Positions 1 through 37,706 of a DNA stretch of 64,000 nt are shown here, one piece after another. The DNA is from the human T2T-CHM13v2.0 reference genome, Homo sapiens, in NCBI RefSeq assembly GCF_009914755.1, contig NC_060939.1. The stretch is one strand, 5' to 3'. Every line of letters begins with the position of its first letter. The first letter of the stretch is position 1. Below the pieces are notes generated by a model. That model saw only the letters and a program-made list of their open reading frames with translations. It ran no database searches and was not told the origin of the DNA. A program made the position numbers and the translations under genes.

Positions 1-9
1 TATTCCAAC

Positions 10-345
10 AGATCAAAAATATGACCATTTCAACATGAAATCAATCTAAGAAAAATTATTGAGATATTTTACATAGGTTATTTCATATTAAGTCCTCAAA
101 AACCATCTGAGTAGCTTACATATGTAACACATTTCAATTTGGACCGTGAAATTTGCATTGAAAACATCTGATCTCCATTTAGACTCATAAAATACACAGT
201 TGACAAAGTAGACTCCCAAGGCCAAGTGATTCTAAACATACTTAAGTGCTTTCTAATAACAGAATCAAATTTTCAAACCTGCATTTTAATGAATAAAAAT
301 TAAACAGATAAAATATTCAGTGTCTCAGCTATGACGGACAGACTT
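10..345. mobile_element. MER3/MER33-like hAT fossil
   Basis: catttcaacatgaaatcaat...aaaaattattgagatattttaca...ttcaagtgct motifs. Confidence 0.5.
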
Positions 346-1052
346 CAAGTGCTGATCAGCAAACGGTGTTGAGTGTAGCCAGATGGGCCAGCGCAGGCTA
401 CACAGCTGCAGCTCAAACAGCACAGCTGCAGGTCAAACAGGCCAGTCTCTCTGCGCACGGGAACAGTCTGGGCAAGCAGGAGACGGGGAAAACGGGCACT
501 GCCCTCGTGAGAACAAAGGACCCACAACAGGAACCCTGCACTCACCCCCTGCCAAAGACCAACAGCCCCACGAAGCAGCCACTTCAGAAAAGGGAGAGGC
601 ATTCAAGAACTTAGAAAAGCACCTCTGGAAAATGCTCACTTTAAAACTTTGCATGTAACTGTACATTTTAATTACAAGGTTTTTAACATCCATTTTCTCA
701 TGTATTCTTAATTAACTCTGTGAAAGTAAACACAGCTTTTATTCTTACTCCTATAGTTACTGTGTTGGAAGTCCACCTATATGAACAAACTGTTGTAACT
801 GAAATTTTCTGAGAACAAATCCCAAGCTCTTTCCATCGACACAAACTATATTGTTTAGTTCTCTTTATTTCCATTTGTTAAAGACCAGAATGTGTGAAAT
901 ATGCATTATCAGATTAGAAAAACAAAACAAACATCAGAAAAAGGTTTTGCAAAATAGCATTTACTAAAATCTATGACAGAAACTAGCTCTAAAACTTCCT
1001 GTTTCAAAATTTCACTGTGTGTGCACTAAGTTAGTTTTTCTGGCTGTGGACA

Positions 1053-1135
1053 GCAGGCCCACCCCATGCCGCGGGCCCACCCCACGCCGCAGGCCCACCC
1101 CACGCCACAGGCCCACCCCACGCCACAGACCCACC
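1053..1135. repeat. 18-bp minisatellite (GCAGGCCCACCCCACGCC), about 4.6 copies
   Basis: Tandem units are directly visible. Confidence 0.9.
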
Positions 1136-1888
1136 ATGGCCCCATGAACAGGCCAGCTGAGAGCTGCAGCCACTGCCCAGGGCTCCCTGGTCTGTACTCG
1201 GCTGCCTGACCCCAGCTGCCAGGGCTCTGCTTTCTCTATGTGTAGAAACAAAAACCAGGAGCATCAGTTGACGAAAAGCAGATTTTTATTGAACAGAGGT
1301 ATAAATGTGTTTCATTTTCTAATAAATCTCTTTCACAAATCACCTTGCTGTTTCGCTCTTCTTGAATGATCATTTTTACACAACACTGTCTGACTGTTTT
1401 GGCTTCTGCCAAGGTTAGCGTCTGTTCACAGGCTGAGTCTGACTTCTTCCTCCCACCTCCTCCTAGTCTGGCCTTCCAAAATAATGCTCACCATTCTATC
1501 ACATTGACTTCAGTTTTGAAAAGAAAAGTTATCTTACAAAGTAGTATGTATAACTCTGTAATATATAAAGTGAGGCAATGATACAATCAGTTTTAAAAAT
1601 AACCTTCCATGATGATTTTCATTTGCATCCACCTGCTTATTAGTAAGAATCTTTTTACATGTTTACTGCACGCCCCAATTTCTCTTCAGTGAAAAACTTT
1701 TGAGTATCATCACACCCTCCAACTTCTCCTCTCACCTATATTGAAAAGGGTCTGCTCTTTATCCTAACATCTATACTAGGTAATTTTCAGAATATTCCTT
1801 CAATCATCAAACAAATTTTTGAGATCCTTGCGCTAGATTTCACTATCTTAATATGAAAACCAATAATCACCTATTAAAATACAATACA

Positions 1889-2525
<637 letters not shown>

Positions 2526-2553
2526 ACAATACAATACAGCTAATATGATTTAC

Positions 2554-2726
2554 CTAAGAAGCTGTTGTATGAGCTGAACCAGAGGCAAACACTGTTTGCC
2601 AGAAGACTCACAGATCCCCGTATTAATAAGGTCTTTATCCAATGGAGTCCTCCTTCTATGAAATGTTGAGGCATTTGCTTCCTGTTCATAAATTTCTTTT
2701 TCCTTCCGTGCTTCTTTTTTTGTATC
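2554..2726 (-). pseudogene. HERC2: HERC2-like exon 20 (DTKKEARKEKEIYEQEANASTFHRRRTPLDKDLINTGICESSGKQCLPLVQLIQQLL), with a 6-nt in-frame deletion
   Basis: aattacag| acceptor and |gtaaat donor; 173 nt versus 179 nt expected. Confidence 0.92.
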
Positions 2727-3268
2727 CTGTAATTGACAAACAGAAATTGTTTACAAGTGATCTCATTACCAGGTGTGAAGGCACACAGGCTGGCTGAGCC
2801 CTGACCCCAGTGCCAAGCTATCCCAGCCTCTGTGGCTGCCACACCCATCCACCCACAGGCCCCCACCTGCCCTGTTGGAAACCCCAACTCATCTGTGCAG
2901 TTTCAAACAGTGTCTTCTTTTTACAGATCCAAGGTCTAGGCTGCCTCTGCTGATGCTCTCCAGCCTCCTTCTGTGAAGTCCCTAAAATCCTTAACCCTGC
3001 TAATGGCTCACACAAAACCCAATGTGATCGGCTCCACACACACAGCATCCAGCTGCTCTGTAAGGACAAGAAGGAGCTAGAATTCTCACACACAAAAGTC
3101 CTGGTTCAAATGCAAATGGCAAAGCCACTTTGGGAAACTATGAACACACACTAACCCCAGGACCTAACAAATTCCACTCCAAGTGTTTATCCAAAGGGAG
3201 AACATATGTTCACTAAAGTACTTGTTCACAGCACAATTGTGGCAGCTCTACACGGCCAAAAACCAGAA

Positions 3269-3585
3269 AGCCTGGGCGCGGTGGCTCACGCTTGTAATCC
3301 CAACACTTTGGGAGGCCAAGGTGGGGGGATCACTGGAGCCCAGGAGTTGAAGACCAGCCTTGCAACACAGTGAAACCTTGTCTCTACAAAAAAATCAAAA
3401 AACTAGCCGGGCATGGTGACATGTATGTGGTCCCTGCAACACAGGAGGCTGAGGTGGGAGGATCATTTGAACCTAGGAGTACAAGGCTGCAGTGAGCCAA
3501 CATCAGGTCACTGTATACAGCCTGGGTGACAGAGCAAGACCCTGTCTCAAAAAAAAAAAAAAAAAAAAGAAAACAAAAACCAAAA
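3269..3585 (+). mobile_element. Alu (AluJ-like)
   Basis: Alu dimer with J-type aggatcatttgaacctaggagt...aggctgcagtgagc, followed by an A tail. Confidence 0.85.
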
Positions 3586-4092
3586 ACAATTACATGTCCT
3601 TCAATAGGAGAATGAACTAACAAACAGTACTACACCTATAAAATGGAAAACTTCCCAATAATAAAAACGAAGTCGCAATACACACAACAGTGAGTGAATC
3701 TGAAAATCATTCTCCAAGGCAAAGCAGGAAAGAGTGCATACTATACAGTTATATTGCTGCGACACTCAGAGCAGGAAAAATGAATCTAATCTCAGGGCAG
3801 GGGAGTATCCTGGCTGCAAGTGCCAAGGAGCACAGGGATCTTTCCGGGTGACGGGAATGGTCTACATGAGGAACAGGTTACCTGTTAACTTCACTGAAAC
3901 AGACAACATGCAGTATTTTATCACAAATCATCTCAATAATTTTTAAAATTAGCACATAAAAGAATTTTAATTTAAAAAAATACTTGGATATAAGTTTAGT
4001 GTTTTACTGTTTTCAGTTATTCTTCACATGTGTGAGTGTGGTATTTCCGATCTCAGCCCACCACCAGGTCACGTGTGCCTCCAAGGCCATAC

Positions 4093-4217
4093 CTGGATCT
4101 CTGCAGTAATGGCTGCGTGTAAGGCTGACTCCAACCCTCCATCAGCCATCAAGCTGCCCACCAGAAGATCAATCACCAATCGATGACCTGGACTTATGCT
4201 CACTTCATTGCCTGAAA
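4093..4217 (-). pseudogene. HERC2: HERC2-like exon 19 (VSGNEVSISPGHRLVIDLLVGSLMADGGLESALHAAITAEIQ)
   Basis: ctatttcag| acceptor and |gtatgg donor; 125 nt. Confidence 0.93.
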
Positions 4218-4309
4218 CTGAAATAGAAAGTGTGTGCCAATTTGAGTGAAACGCCATCCCCTCCCAGCACCCTGACCCATGCCCTCTCCTGTTCCTTCCC
4301 CGAGCCCAC

Positions 4310-4536
4310 CTCCGCAGGACAGGAGAGCAGAGTGCCCGGGCCTGCTTCTCAGCGGTGGGCAACAGCATGGACCAGCCGCTCTGCAGCATGGCCTGGGAGG
4401 CCGACTGCACGGTGCTCAGCACGTCTGCGCTGCTTGCCAGGGTCACCACCTTCTGCTTCAGGCTGTTCAGGAAGACGCTGCCCAGACCTAAACCAAGGAA
4501 TTCCAGGTCAACCTGGTGACTAATGGCAGCATGCAA
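4310..4536 (-). pseudogene. HERC2: HERC2-like exon 18 (LHAAISHQVDLEFLGLGLGSVFLNSLKQ...), with a 2-nt deletion near its 3' end
   Basis: tttcag| acceptor and |gtggg donor; 227 nt versus 229 nt expected from the HERC2 peptide, and the frame diverges after RAL. Confidence 0.92.
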
Positions 4537-4871
4537 CTGAAAGGAGAAAAACAATTTTCACTTAGAACCCCTAAAAATGAGTGAATTTCAAAGTCTTATT
4601 AAACACTGAATAAAAGTCAATTTGAAGTATCATCTAAATAGACAAAATAACTTCTCAGTTTACGTATTTTTAAAAACTGGACTAAAAAAACTCTTACCCA
4701 CAATAGTTGAAGTATTTTCTAGAGGAATTTTTTTTAACCCCACTATGAACACATATATGGAAAAGCTCAAGATGAGCAGAAGAGCTAAACAACTAGCAAC
4801 AGCAACCTCCACCCCGCCCCAACAATCTGCACCAAACACAGAAATAATGGCTACAATGTAACCACAAAAGC

Positions 4872-5140
4872 TGCCATAGGCGGTGGCTCATGCCTGTAAT
4901 CCCAGCACTTTGGGAGGCCGACGGGAAAGCTCACTTGAGATCAGGAGTTCAAGATCAGCCTGGCCAACATGATGAAACCCCATCTCTATAAAAAAATCAG
5001 CCGGGTGTGATGGTACACACCTGTAGTCCCAGCTACTTGGGAGGCTGAGGCAGGAGAATCACTTGAACCTGGCAGGCCAAGACCGTACCACTGCATTCCA
5101 GCCTGGGTGACAAAGTGACACCCTGTCTAAAAAAAAAAAA
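4872..5140 (+). mobile_element. Alu with an internal deletion in the right arm
   Basis: Alu consensus sequence plus A tail. Confidence 0.85.
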
Positions 5141-6124
5141 GAGCTGCTAAAAATTAGACTGTGGAGCTGAGAGTACACAGGGAAACTCCTCAAGTGCAAA
5201 ACCAAAATTCACGTGGGCACACACAGCAGGAGTCAAGAGGTTCCGGGCTCTGAAAGCAGAGCCAAGCCGCCAGGCTTCAGCACAACCTCCCACACGGGAA
5301 TGCACACAAGGACCCACTGAACTCGAGCTTCCTGCAGAAGGCTGGGAGCCACTCAGGATCACCTGCCTGCCAGCCAACCGCAGCCAGGGGGCAACACACT
5401 GCCCGTCCCAGGCTTTGGGTAGCAAGAGGCCCCATGAGAAATCAGAGACCCGGCCTTGCCCTGTGAGTAGAAGTGAAATCAAAAGCACACCACTCATCTA
5501 GGTATAGATATCACAGGTCAGGAAATGACCACCGAAACTCACCTGGAGTCTGTGAAACCTACAGAACCCTCAGGACCCTGGAGAGGCAAATGCAAAACCA
5601 TACGCTGGGACACCTCGACAGCCTAAGACATACACAAGGCCACGCCCCACAGCACTGACCAGAACAGACACATCACCGCAAACCAGGAGGGGCAGCAAAC
5701 ACCTGGGGCGCAACCACGCAAACGCCAGGATGCCACAGATATGGTGATAAATGAGTGCTACAGAGGACTAGAGGAGAAGCATGCTCCAGACCTCTGCTCA
5801 GTTCATTACTGCAACTAAACACTACACTCAGTTCTGTACATTCTAGAAGCAGGGCAAAAAGGGGAGGGGCTGGAAGAGGGACATGACGGGTTGTTACAAG
5901 AAACCACTGTAATAAAAGGGAAAAATTACTATGTCGAGAAAACCGTGGTTCTTGTCATTAAGTTAGAGGGTTTTATTACAAAGACAAAAGATGATGATCA
6001 AACACTTCAGCTTTAGTTTTGCTAGGGAGGAAGGCTTTTGTAGCTTTTATTTTGACCCTAACCACAGCCTTCATGGTGAGGAAAGGAAGGTATTGCTTTG
6101 GGAGCCAAGCTTACTGAGTAGATC

Positions 6125-6331
6125 AAGCTTGTTCAACCCACGGCCCGAGGGCAGCATGTGGCCCAGGGCAGCTTTGAATGTGGCCCAAAGTAAAATTTCT
6201 TAAAACATCATGAGATATTTTTGGGATTCTTTTTTTAAGCTCATCAGCTATCATAAGTGTATTTTATGTGTAGCCCAAGACAATTCTTCTTCCAGTGTGG
6301 CCCAGGGAAACCAAAAGACTGGACCCTCCTG
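6125..6331. mobile_element. MER30 (hAT-Charlie MITE)
   Basis: ...caacccacggcccgagggcagcatgtggcccagggcagctttgaatgtggccca...gctcatcagctatc...gcccaagacaattcttcttccagtgtggcccagggaaaccaaaagactggac matches MER30 as I recall it. Confidence 0.75.
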
Positions 6332-6721
6332 GAGCAGGGTTTTCACAGGACAGAGGAGAGACAGGCCAGCACTGGTCTCTCAGCTGAGCGCTGTCTCTCT
6401 CCATCACCTGTGATCTCACCCAGTCATTTCTCCACACGCAACAACAGTAAAACAGTAAGAATACCAACAAACTAATGATTATAGCAAAAATAACACAATC
6501 CATATACACTCTTCCTGCATGCCGAGGCTGACTTCCAGGACAAACATAAAATAAACAGATCAAGTTTTTTAAGCCTTGCGTCCATTATTAGTGCATTACA
6601 ATCTTACTTTAAAATACTTCCCCCAGCAGGCTAAAACCTATGTCCTTCAAAATACATAAACCTTCTTACAAATCGCTAAGACACTTATAAAAGGAGCAAG
6701 AGGAAGGGAAATCACGAATAC

Positions 6722-6922
6722 CTGAAGTCGGGGAAGATTCAGCGTTGCCACGGCCACGCACTCTTTCTCCTGGGGCGGGGGCCAGTCCGTGGAGCCATCC
6801 ATCCCCTCACTCACCTGCCGAAGCAGGAGATCCAGCTGCTCAAAAGTCACTGAGCAAATATCCACCCCAAAAGGGACATGGAGGCCAATGGACCACTCAG
6901 AACACGATGACCAAGCAATGCT
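6722..6922 (-). pseudogene. HERC2: HERC2-like exon 17 (SIAWSSCSEWSIGLHVPFGVDICSVTFEQLDLLLRQVSEGMDGSTDWPPPQEKECVAVATLNLPRLQ)
   Basis: cctcttag| acceptor and |gtattc donor; 201 nt, 67 codons, open frame. Confidence 0.93.
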
Positions 6923-7299
6923 CTAAGAGGAAACGCAACAATCGGAAATGAATCTCCAAATGCAGTTCTTGGTCTGTCGCACAGGAGTCACCAGCTTGTG
7001 TGATGGAGCTGCCTTATATTATTACCTATCATCCCTCTAACTGCCCAGTGGAAAAGCATTCATGGGTGTCTAGCTCACACACTATCAGCTTCCAATTCTC
7101 CCACCCATTTCACTAGCCCCATCTCACTTGGCCATACCTAAAAAAGTAAAAACATTTTAAAAAATCTTTTCACTCTCAAAATGATTAATGCACATTAATG
7201 GATGGCAGTGAGGCTCTCCATCCACTTGAAGTGGTATAATAGCAACTCTAACTAGACAATGAATTGTTAGACACATATAACACACACAATATCTTTCAT

Positions 7300-10189
<2,890 letters not shown>

Positions 10190-10453
10190 GGCTGGTATAG
10201 TGTCTCACACCTGTAATCCCAGCACTTTGGGAGCTCACTGCAACCTCAAACTCTTAAGCTCAAGCAATCCTCCTGCCTCAGCCTCCTGAGTAGCTGAGAC
10301 TACAGGTGCACACCAGCATGCCACGCTAATTTTTAATTTTTTTGTAGAGATGGGATCTCGCTGTGTTGCCCAAGCTGGTCTCTAACTCCTGGGCTCAAGT
10401 GACCCTCTCGCCTATGCCTCCCAAAGTGCTGGTGTGAGCTGTTGCACCCAGCC

Positions 10454-10965
10454 AAAATACGGCAGATTTGTAGTACCCCAGAAGGCTCCTTCCTGACCTA
10501 CACTTTCCCACAAAGGAAACTACTCTTCTGACTTCAATCATCGTCAGTTCTGCCTTCCTGCGCTTCATCTAGGTGGGCTGGTACTGTGCACTGTCTCTCA
10601 TACCTGGCTCCCTCTATTCACCCATGTCGTTGAGTGTTCCTACCACTTCATTTTTCTTTTTTGGCTGTGTAGTATTCCATGATGTGACTGTATCACCATT
10701 TATTCACTCTCCTGTTGATGGACATTTAGGTTGTTTTCATTTGGGGCTCTTATGAATAAAAATGGCAGTGAACATTCTTATATAAGTCTTTTTGTGGACA
10801 TATGCACTCGTTTCTCTTGTGTACATGCTTAGGATGGAATTTCTGAACGTAGGCATAGATATAGCTTTAGTAGAAGCTGCCAAACAGGTTTCCAATGTGC
10901 TTATACAATTTTATGCTACTGCCAGCTTGACAGTTCTTGTAGCTCTACATCTTTACCAATACTCT
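10454..10965 (-). mobile_element. Old L1 (L1MB/MC-like) 3' fragment, antisense
   Basis: gtagtattccat...ttattcactctcctgttgatggacatttaggttgtttt...gtgaacattctt is a typical antisense L1M 3' region. Confidence 0.7.
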
Positions 10966-12098
10966 GTATAACACAGCATTTAACTTTAAATAGAGATAAA
11001 ACGATGGTAAGATCCAAAGAAGTGTGCATGTTCCTGAAGAACATCCAGTAAAGGGCCTATTTTATTCATCTGTTTCGGGCACTGAAAACCACTGCATGGC
11101 CGGATGAGGAAGGAGGCCTGGTACAACTCCCAAGAAGGCATGTGTCCCTCGGGTGGGCTTTGTTTCCCAGAAACTCTGGGGAAGGGGTGGAGAGGCACCT
11201 TCTGGGCCAGCTGGTCTCCTCTGGCTTTTCTTGTACCCTAGGGCTCCCTCCAAAGAGACAGAGAACAGCCTGGCCGGGGAGCAGTATCTCCTACTGCGCT
11301 TGCTGTGAGCCAGCCACTCTGCCTTCTTTCAGGAATTACAAAATCCACAGGTCCCCGGCATCCTTATTTATGTATTTATTCATTTATGAGGCATGGTTTT
11401 CCTCAGCTCTGTTGGATGGGTCTCTGTGAAGGGAGCTTGGTGGGGGCGAGTGGCCCCTCCCTGGAGGAGGCAGGCCCCTGGTCAGGATCTTTGGGGCTCC
11501 AGGTCTCATAAGTGGGGGGCCAGGCTCCCTAGAGAAACCCTTCTTGGCTAGGGCTGGGGAGCCCACCAGAGTGACCCAATCAGTTCTCAGGGCCTGTGAT
11601 GGGGCCAAGTGGTTTTGAGAAGCCAGTGTTCAGCTCCATCCTAAAGAGCACTCATGCACGTTGGGGAGGAGGGCCGGGGTGCACAGCTCTGACCTGAGTC
11701 AGACCCACCTCAGGACTTAGCCCAGCAGGAGGCCCAGAGTCACTGACCATAAAACGAGCAGATGCCTCCCCCGTGCTGATGGAGATGAGTCTTGGGCATC
11801 AACTCTAATAATTTCTAACTGCACCCAGAAATACTGATTCACACAGCAACTAGTGAATAATAGCCTTTTAGAGCTAAAAAAGCCTCATATATTATAAATT
11901 AACATATGCATTTTACACAAACTAGAGGCACCGTGGTGGGCCAGCAGCAGCCTGTTCAGGGGCCACAACAAGGGAGATTGGATTTCCTTAAGTGCAATGG
12001 GAGTTACTGGCAAGGCTTTAAGGTTTTAGCCACAGGAAAGATGAAAGTATTTTAGAGCAATGTGGGTGGATTCAAAGTGAGGTTTTGAACTAGATCAG

Positions 12099-16432
<4,334 letters not shown>

Positions 16433-16549
16433 TATATTGTTTTATAGTTCTTCAATTTTGTTTTGTGGTCGCTGGAGGTGTTTCCTTCTTCGATTCCCTG
16501 CACAGTGCTTCCACAGCTGCTCCATGGAATCTGCCCAAGACTTTTGCTG

Positions 16550-17300
16550 CGTTCAGTTGAACACACAGGAGGAAGCTCTTCAGGCCCCAGCCAGCCGACC
16601 GCACAAAGATGCGTTCTCATACCCAGGGGAGCTGGTCTCGCCACTCGACCCGCGCCCTGGATAGCTATAGTTAGTGTGAGCGCCACCTCCCGCCGCGGCG
16701 TGATCAAGAGCGCTCCGGGCCAAGCAGTCTCCCGTGGGAGTGCGGGAGCGCGTGCGTGCGGCGGAAATCCAGCCTTCCGGCGCCCGCTGTTGGCCTTGGC
16801 CGCAGCCACGGCGCTCCAAGTAGGAAGATAAGCGGGATTGCTGGAAGCGGGAGAGTCGGGAGGAGCGGCGAAGGGCTCCTCTTCCCCATTGGCTGCGCCC
16901 ACGGAGCAGCCTCGTTGCGATTGGCCGTACGCGGGGGGCGGCAGTCCCGCGTCGGCCCGCCCCTCGGGCCGCGAGAGGCGCCGGGATCGCGGGCGCCGGC
17001 TGAGCCAGCGGCTCTTGGGAGGCTGCGTCCGCGCGCCGGCGGGGCGAGGCGGCCGGGCCCTGCGCGTCAGGTCCTGGCCTGGGGCACCTGGGCGGCCGGT
17101 GGCGGGGGCGGTACGGGCGCGGGGCTGGCGGGCGGCCGAGCCCGGGAGGCGGGCGTGGGCGCGGCGGCCGCACCGGGGCCTGCGCGGACCACCCGCGGGG
17201 CAGCCTCGGGCCTCTCTCCATCTCTTAAGTGGTGGTGGCTGTGGGTTTTTCTGCAGGCGATCCTTTTGAGTAATTTGTTTCACGCACGCGCCCTGCTGTG
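16550..17300. promoter_or_regulatory. CpG-island promoter of the HERC2 paralog
   Basis: Very high GC and CpG density; two ATTGG (CCAAT) boxes at 16888 and 16920; GC box GGCCCGCCCC at 16954-16963; ETS-like CGGAAAT at ~16762; no TATA box; lies just upstream of the ATG-containing exon. Confidence 0.9.
16950..17070 (+). pseudogene. HERC2: HERC2-like non-coding exon 1 (5' boundary approximate)
   Basis: Ends ...CCCTGCGCGTCAG|gtcctg; joined to exon 2 (GCCTGAGACCTGGGAGG...) it reproduces the HERC2 5'UTR as I recall it. Confidence 0.7.
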
Positions 17301-17684
17301 GGGTAAAGCGGCAGATTCATGCTGCTGTCATTTGTCGTTAAAACGATGGGCTCCCTGTTATGTGTGTGTACTTCTTGGATTTGAGGGCAGGGGGATGACA
17401 TTGTAACTTGGCTTCCTGTGACCGTCCATTCTCAAGGTCTCGTCAGCGTGGTGCAGAAACTCGGCACACCCTGCCTACCTTGGAAGCAGGCTTTCCCTTC
17501 CCCACCTCCCTCTCTCTCCATCTCTTCCCTCTTTCCCTCTCTCCCCTTCTCTCCCCTCCACCAGCTCTTCTCTCCCCCCTTTCTGTTCTCTCTCTCTTTT
17601 TTCTTTTCTGCATTGAACCTTTCGGGAGTGTCTTTGTAAACTATTAAAAAGCATTAGGTCTTCAGCGTATGTGTTTACTTGCAG

Positions 17685-17787
17685 GCCTGAGACCTGGGAG
17701 GAAGCTGGAGAAAAGATGCCCTCTGAATCTTTGTGTTTGGCTGCCCAGGCTCGCCTCGACTCCAAATGGTTGAAAACAGATATACAG
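17685..17787 (+). pseudogene. HERC2: HERC2-like exon 2; ATG at 17716 (MPSESLCLAAQARLDSKWLKTDIQ)
   Basis: ttgcag| acceptor, 31 nt of UTR plus 72 coding nt, |gtgggg donor. Confidence 0.95.
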
Positions 17788-18190
17788 GTGGGGTTTGACA
17801 TGTCTTTTTCTTGGTGTGTTTCTGCTTCCATGTTTAAATTTCTCGTGTAAGGCTTTTTTTTAGGGTATGTAAGGGGAAGTCAGTTGTATCTTGCTGAATT
17901 AGAGGAGCAGGTTTATTTCCTGTAACTTAAAATGTAACAGTCTTATGGCTGTTTTTGTAGATCGTGCGCGGCTGCCTTTTAATTAGTTTCTTGCAAGTGC
18001 ACGAAACTTGAGATCTATTAATAGAGAAAATTTTTTTCCTATTTATTATTACTGGTTAAGAAATCTGCCACACTCCTAACCATATCATGGTGACTGTTGT
18101 TTGTTACTGATCGTTTTTGAGCTGTTGAGTTAACTGTGGAGGGGAAAATTGGAGAAGTAAGTTGCAGTAATTATGGCCTATAGAAACTCA

Positions 18191-29931
<11,741 letters not shown>

Positions 29932-30104
29932 AGGGCTCACTTTTTAGGAAGGAGTTTACCTCTCCCCCACCAGCTGATATTTTTACCAAAAGTCATATGT
30001 TTTGGTTCCAAGTATGTTTATGGCAGTTATCCTGTTAGTGATGTGAACAGAAAAAATAACAGTGCTGAGGGAAAGCTGTTCCTTCTACAAAAACTGAAGG
30101 ATGC

Positions 30105-30405
30105 TGGCTTGGTTTCTGTCGCTACAGAACAAGTTACCAAACACAAATTTGGCAGCTTGTAACAACAAGCATTTACACTCTCACAGTTTCTGTGGGTCAG
30201 GAGTCTGGCCATAGCTTAGTTCTATCCTCTACTTCAGGTGTCACAGGCTGTAGTCAAGGTGTTGGCTAGGGCACGCTGTCATCTGGAGCTCAGGTCCTCA
30301 TTGGTAGAATTGAATCCATTGTGGTTGTGGGACTGAAACCCTGGGCTCTTGGAGGCTGCCCCTCCCCACAGGCAGTTCATTGGCTGCTTGCTTCTTCAGA
30401 TTGGA
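30105..30405. mobile_element. MLT1-family (MaLR) LTR fragment
   Basis: cacaaatttggcagcttgtaacaacaagcattt...ctctcacagtttctgtgggtcaggagtctgg...tcaaggtgttggctaggg. Confidence 0.7.
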
Positions 30406-30449
30406 GACCATCTCTTCAGGACAGTGCAGAGGGATGGAAAAAGGGAGAG

Positions 30450-36829
<6,380 letters not shown>

Positions 36830-37079
36830 GATGGGCAAACATCTGTCTCTTTTAATTAAAAATGGCTTTTGTTTTGCCAGACAAGGGAGCTTCTGTCACA
36901 TACGCAGTTTTCAGAATGGATGCCTTCCCCCAGTGTCTGAAATGCTCCCTTTTCCTGTTCTGGGAAGCCTTTTCTGACTCACAAATGTTGACAAGCAAAG
37001 GCGTTTTTGATTTTGATGCTCACAGTTATTATAATTATTATAAATTTGGCCAGGAGTCCCTATCATCTTTGAACAGCTG

Positions 37080-37111
<32 letters not shown>

Positions 37112-37117
37112 AGATAA

Positions 37118-37300
<183 letters not shown>

Positions 37301-37669
37301 TAGGCTGGTCTCGAACTCCTGACCTCAAGTGATCTGCCCGCCTCAGCCTCCCAAAATGCTAGGATTATAGGCGTGAGCCACCGCACCTGGCCATGTTTGA
37401 GGAAACAGCTTTTTCTTTGAGGAAACAGGCTCATCTTTGTCTGCCCTGGCCCTTGAATCTACTTATTTTCCCAAGAGCCCTAGCGTCTTTTATCGGGAAA
37501 TGGTTCTAAGAGACCAAAATCTGGGTGCCGCTGTCAGATTGCCTTTGATTCTAGTCCTTTAAAAAACAGAGTAAGCAAATATATTCAAAAATAAAGTTCA
37601 TAGATTTCCAATTTAAGTTGTTTTTCAAAATTTCTTTGATTTTTTTTCCTCTTTTCCACTGAAAACCTT

Positions 37670-37706
<37 letters not shown>

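Larger units (their letters stand above)
2554..6922 (-). pseudogene. HERC2: Inverted HERC2 fragment carrying exons 17-20 (partial pseudogene, HERC2P7/HERC2P11-like)
   Basis: Four AG/GT-bounded exons on the - strand (201, 227, 125 and 173 nt) translate to about HERC2 aa 773-1017, with a 2-nt deletion in exon 18. Confidence 0.93.

Noticed and set aside
345-693. Cluster of 80-90 aa ORFs, considered as a possible HERC2 exon 21
   Set aside because: No match to the expected NIASQTVARLKDVARRISSCLDFEQH peptide; the short RLLIS resemblance is treated as chance.
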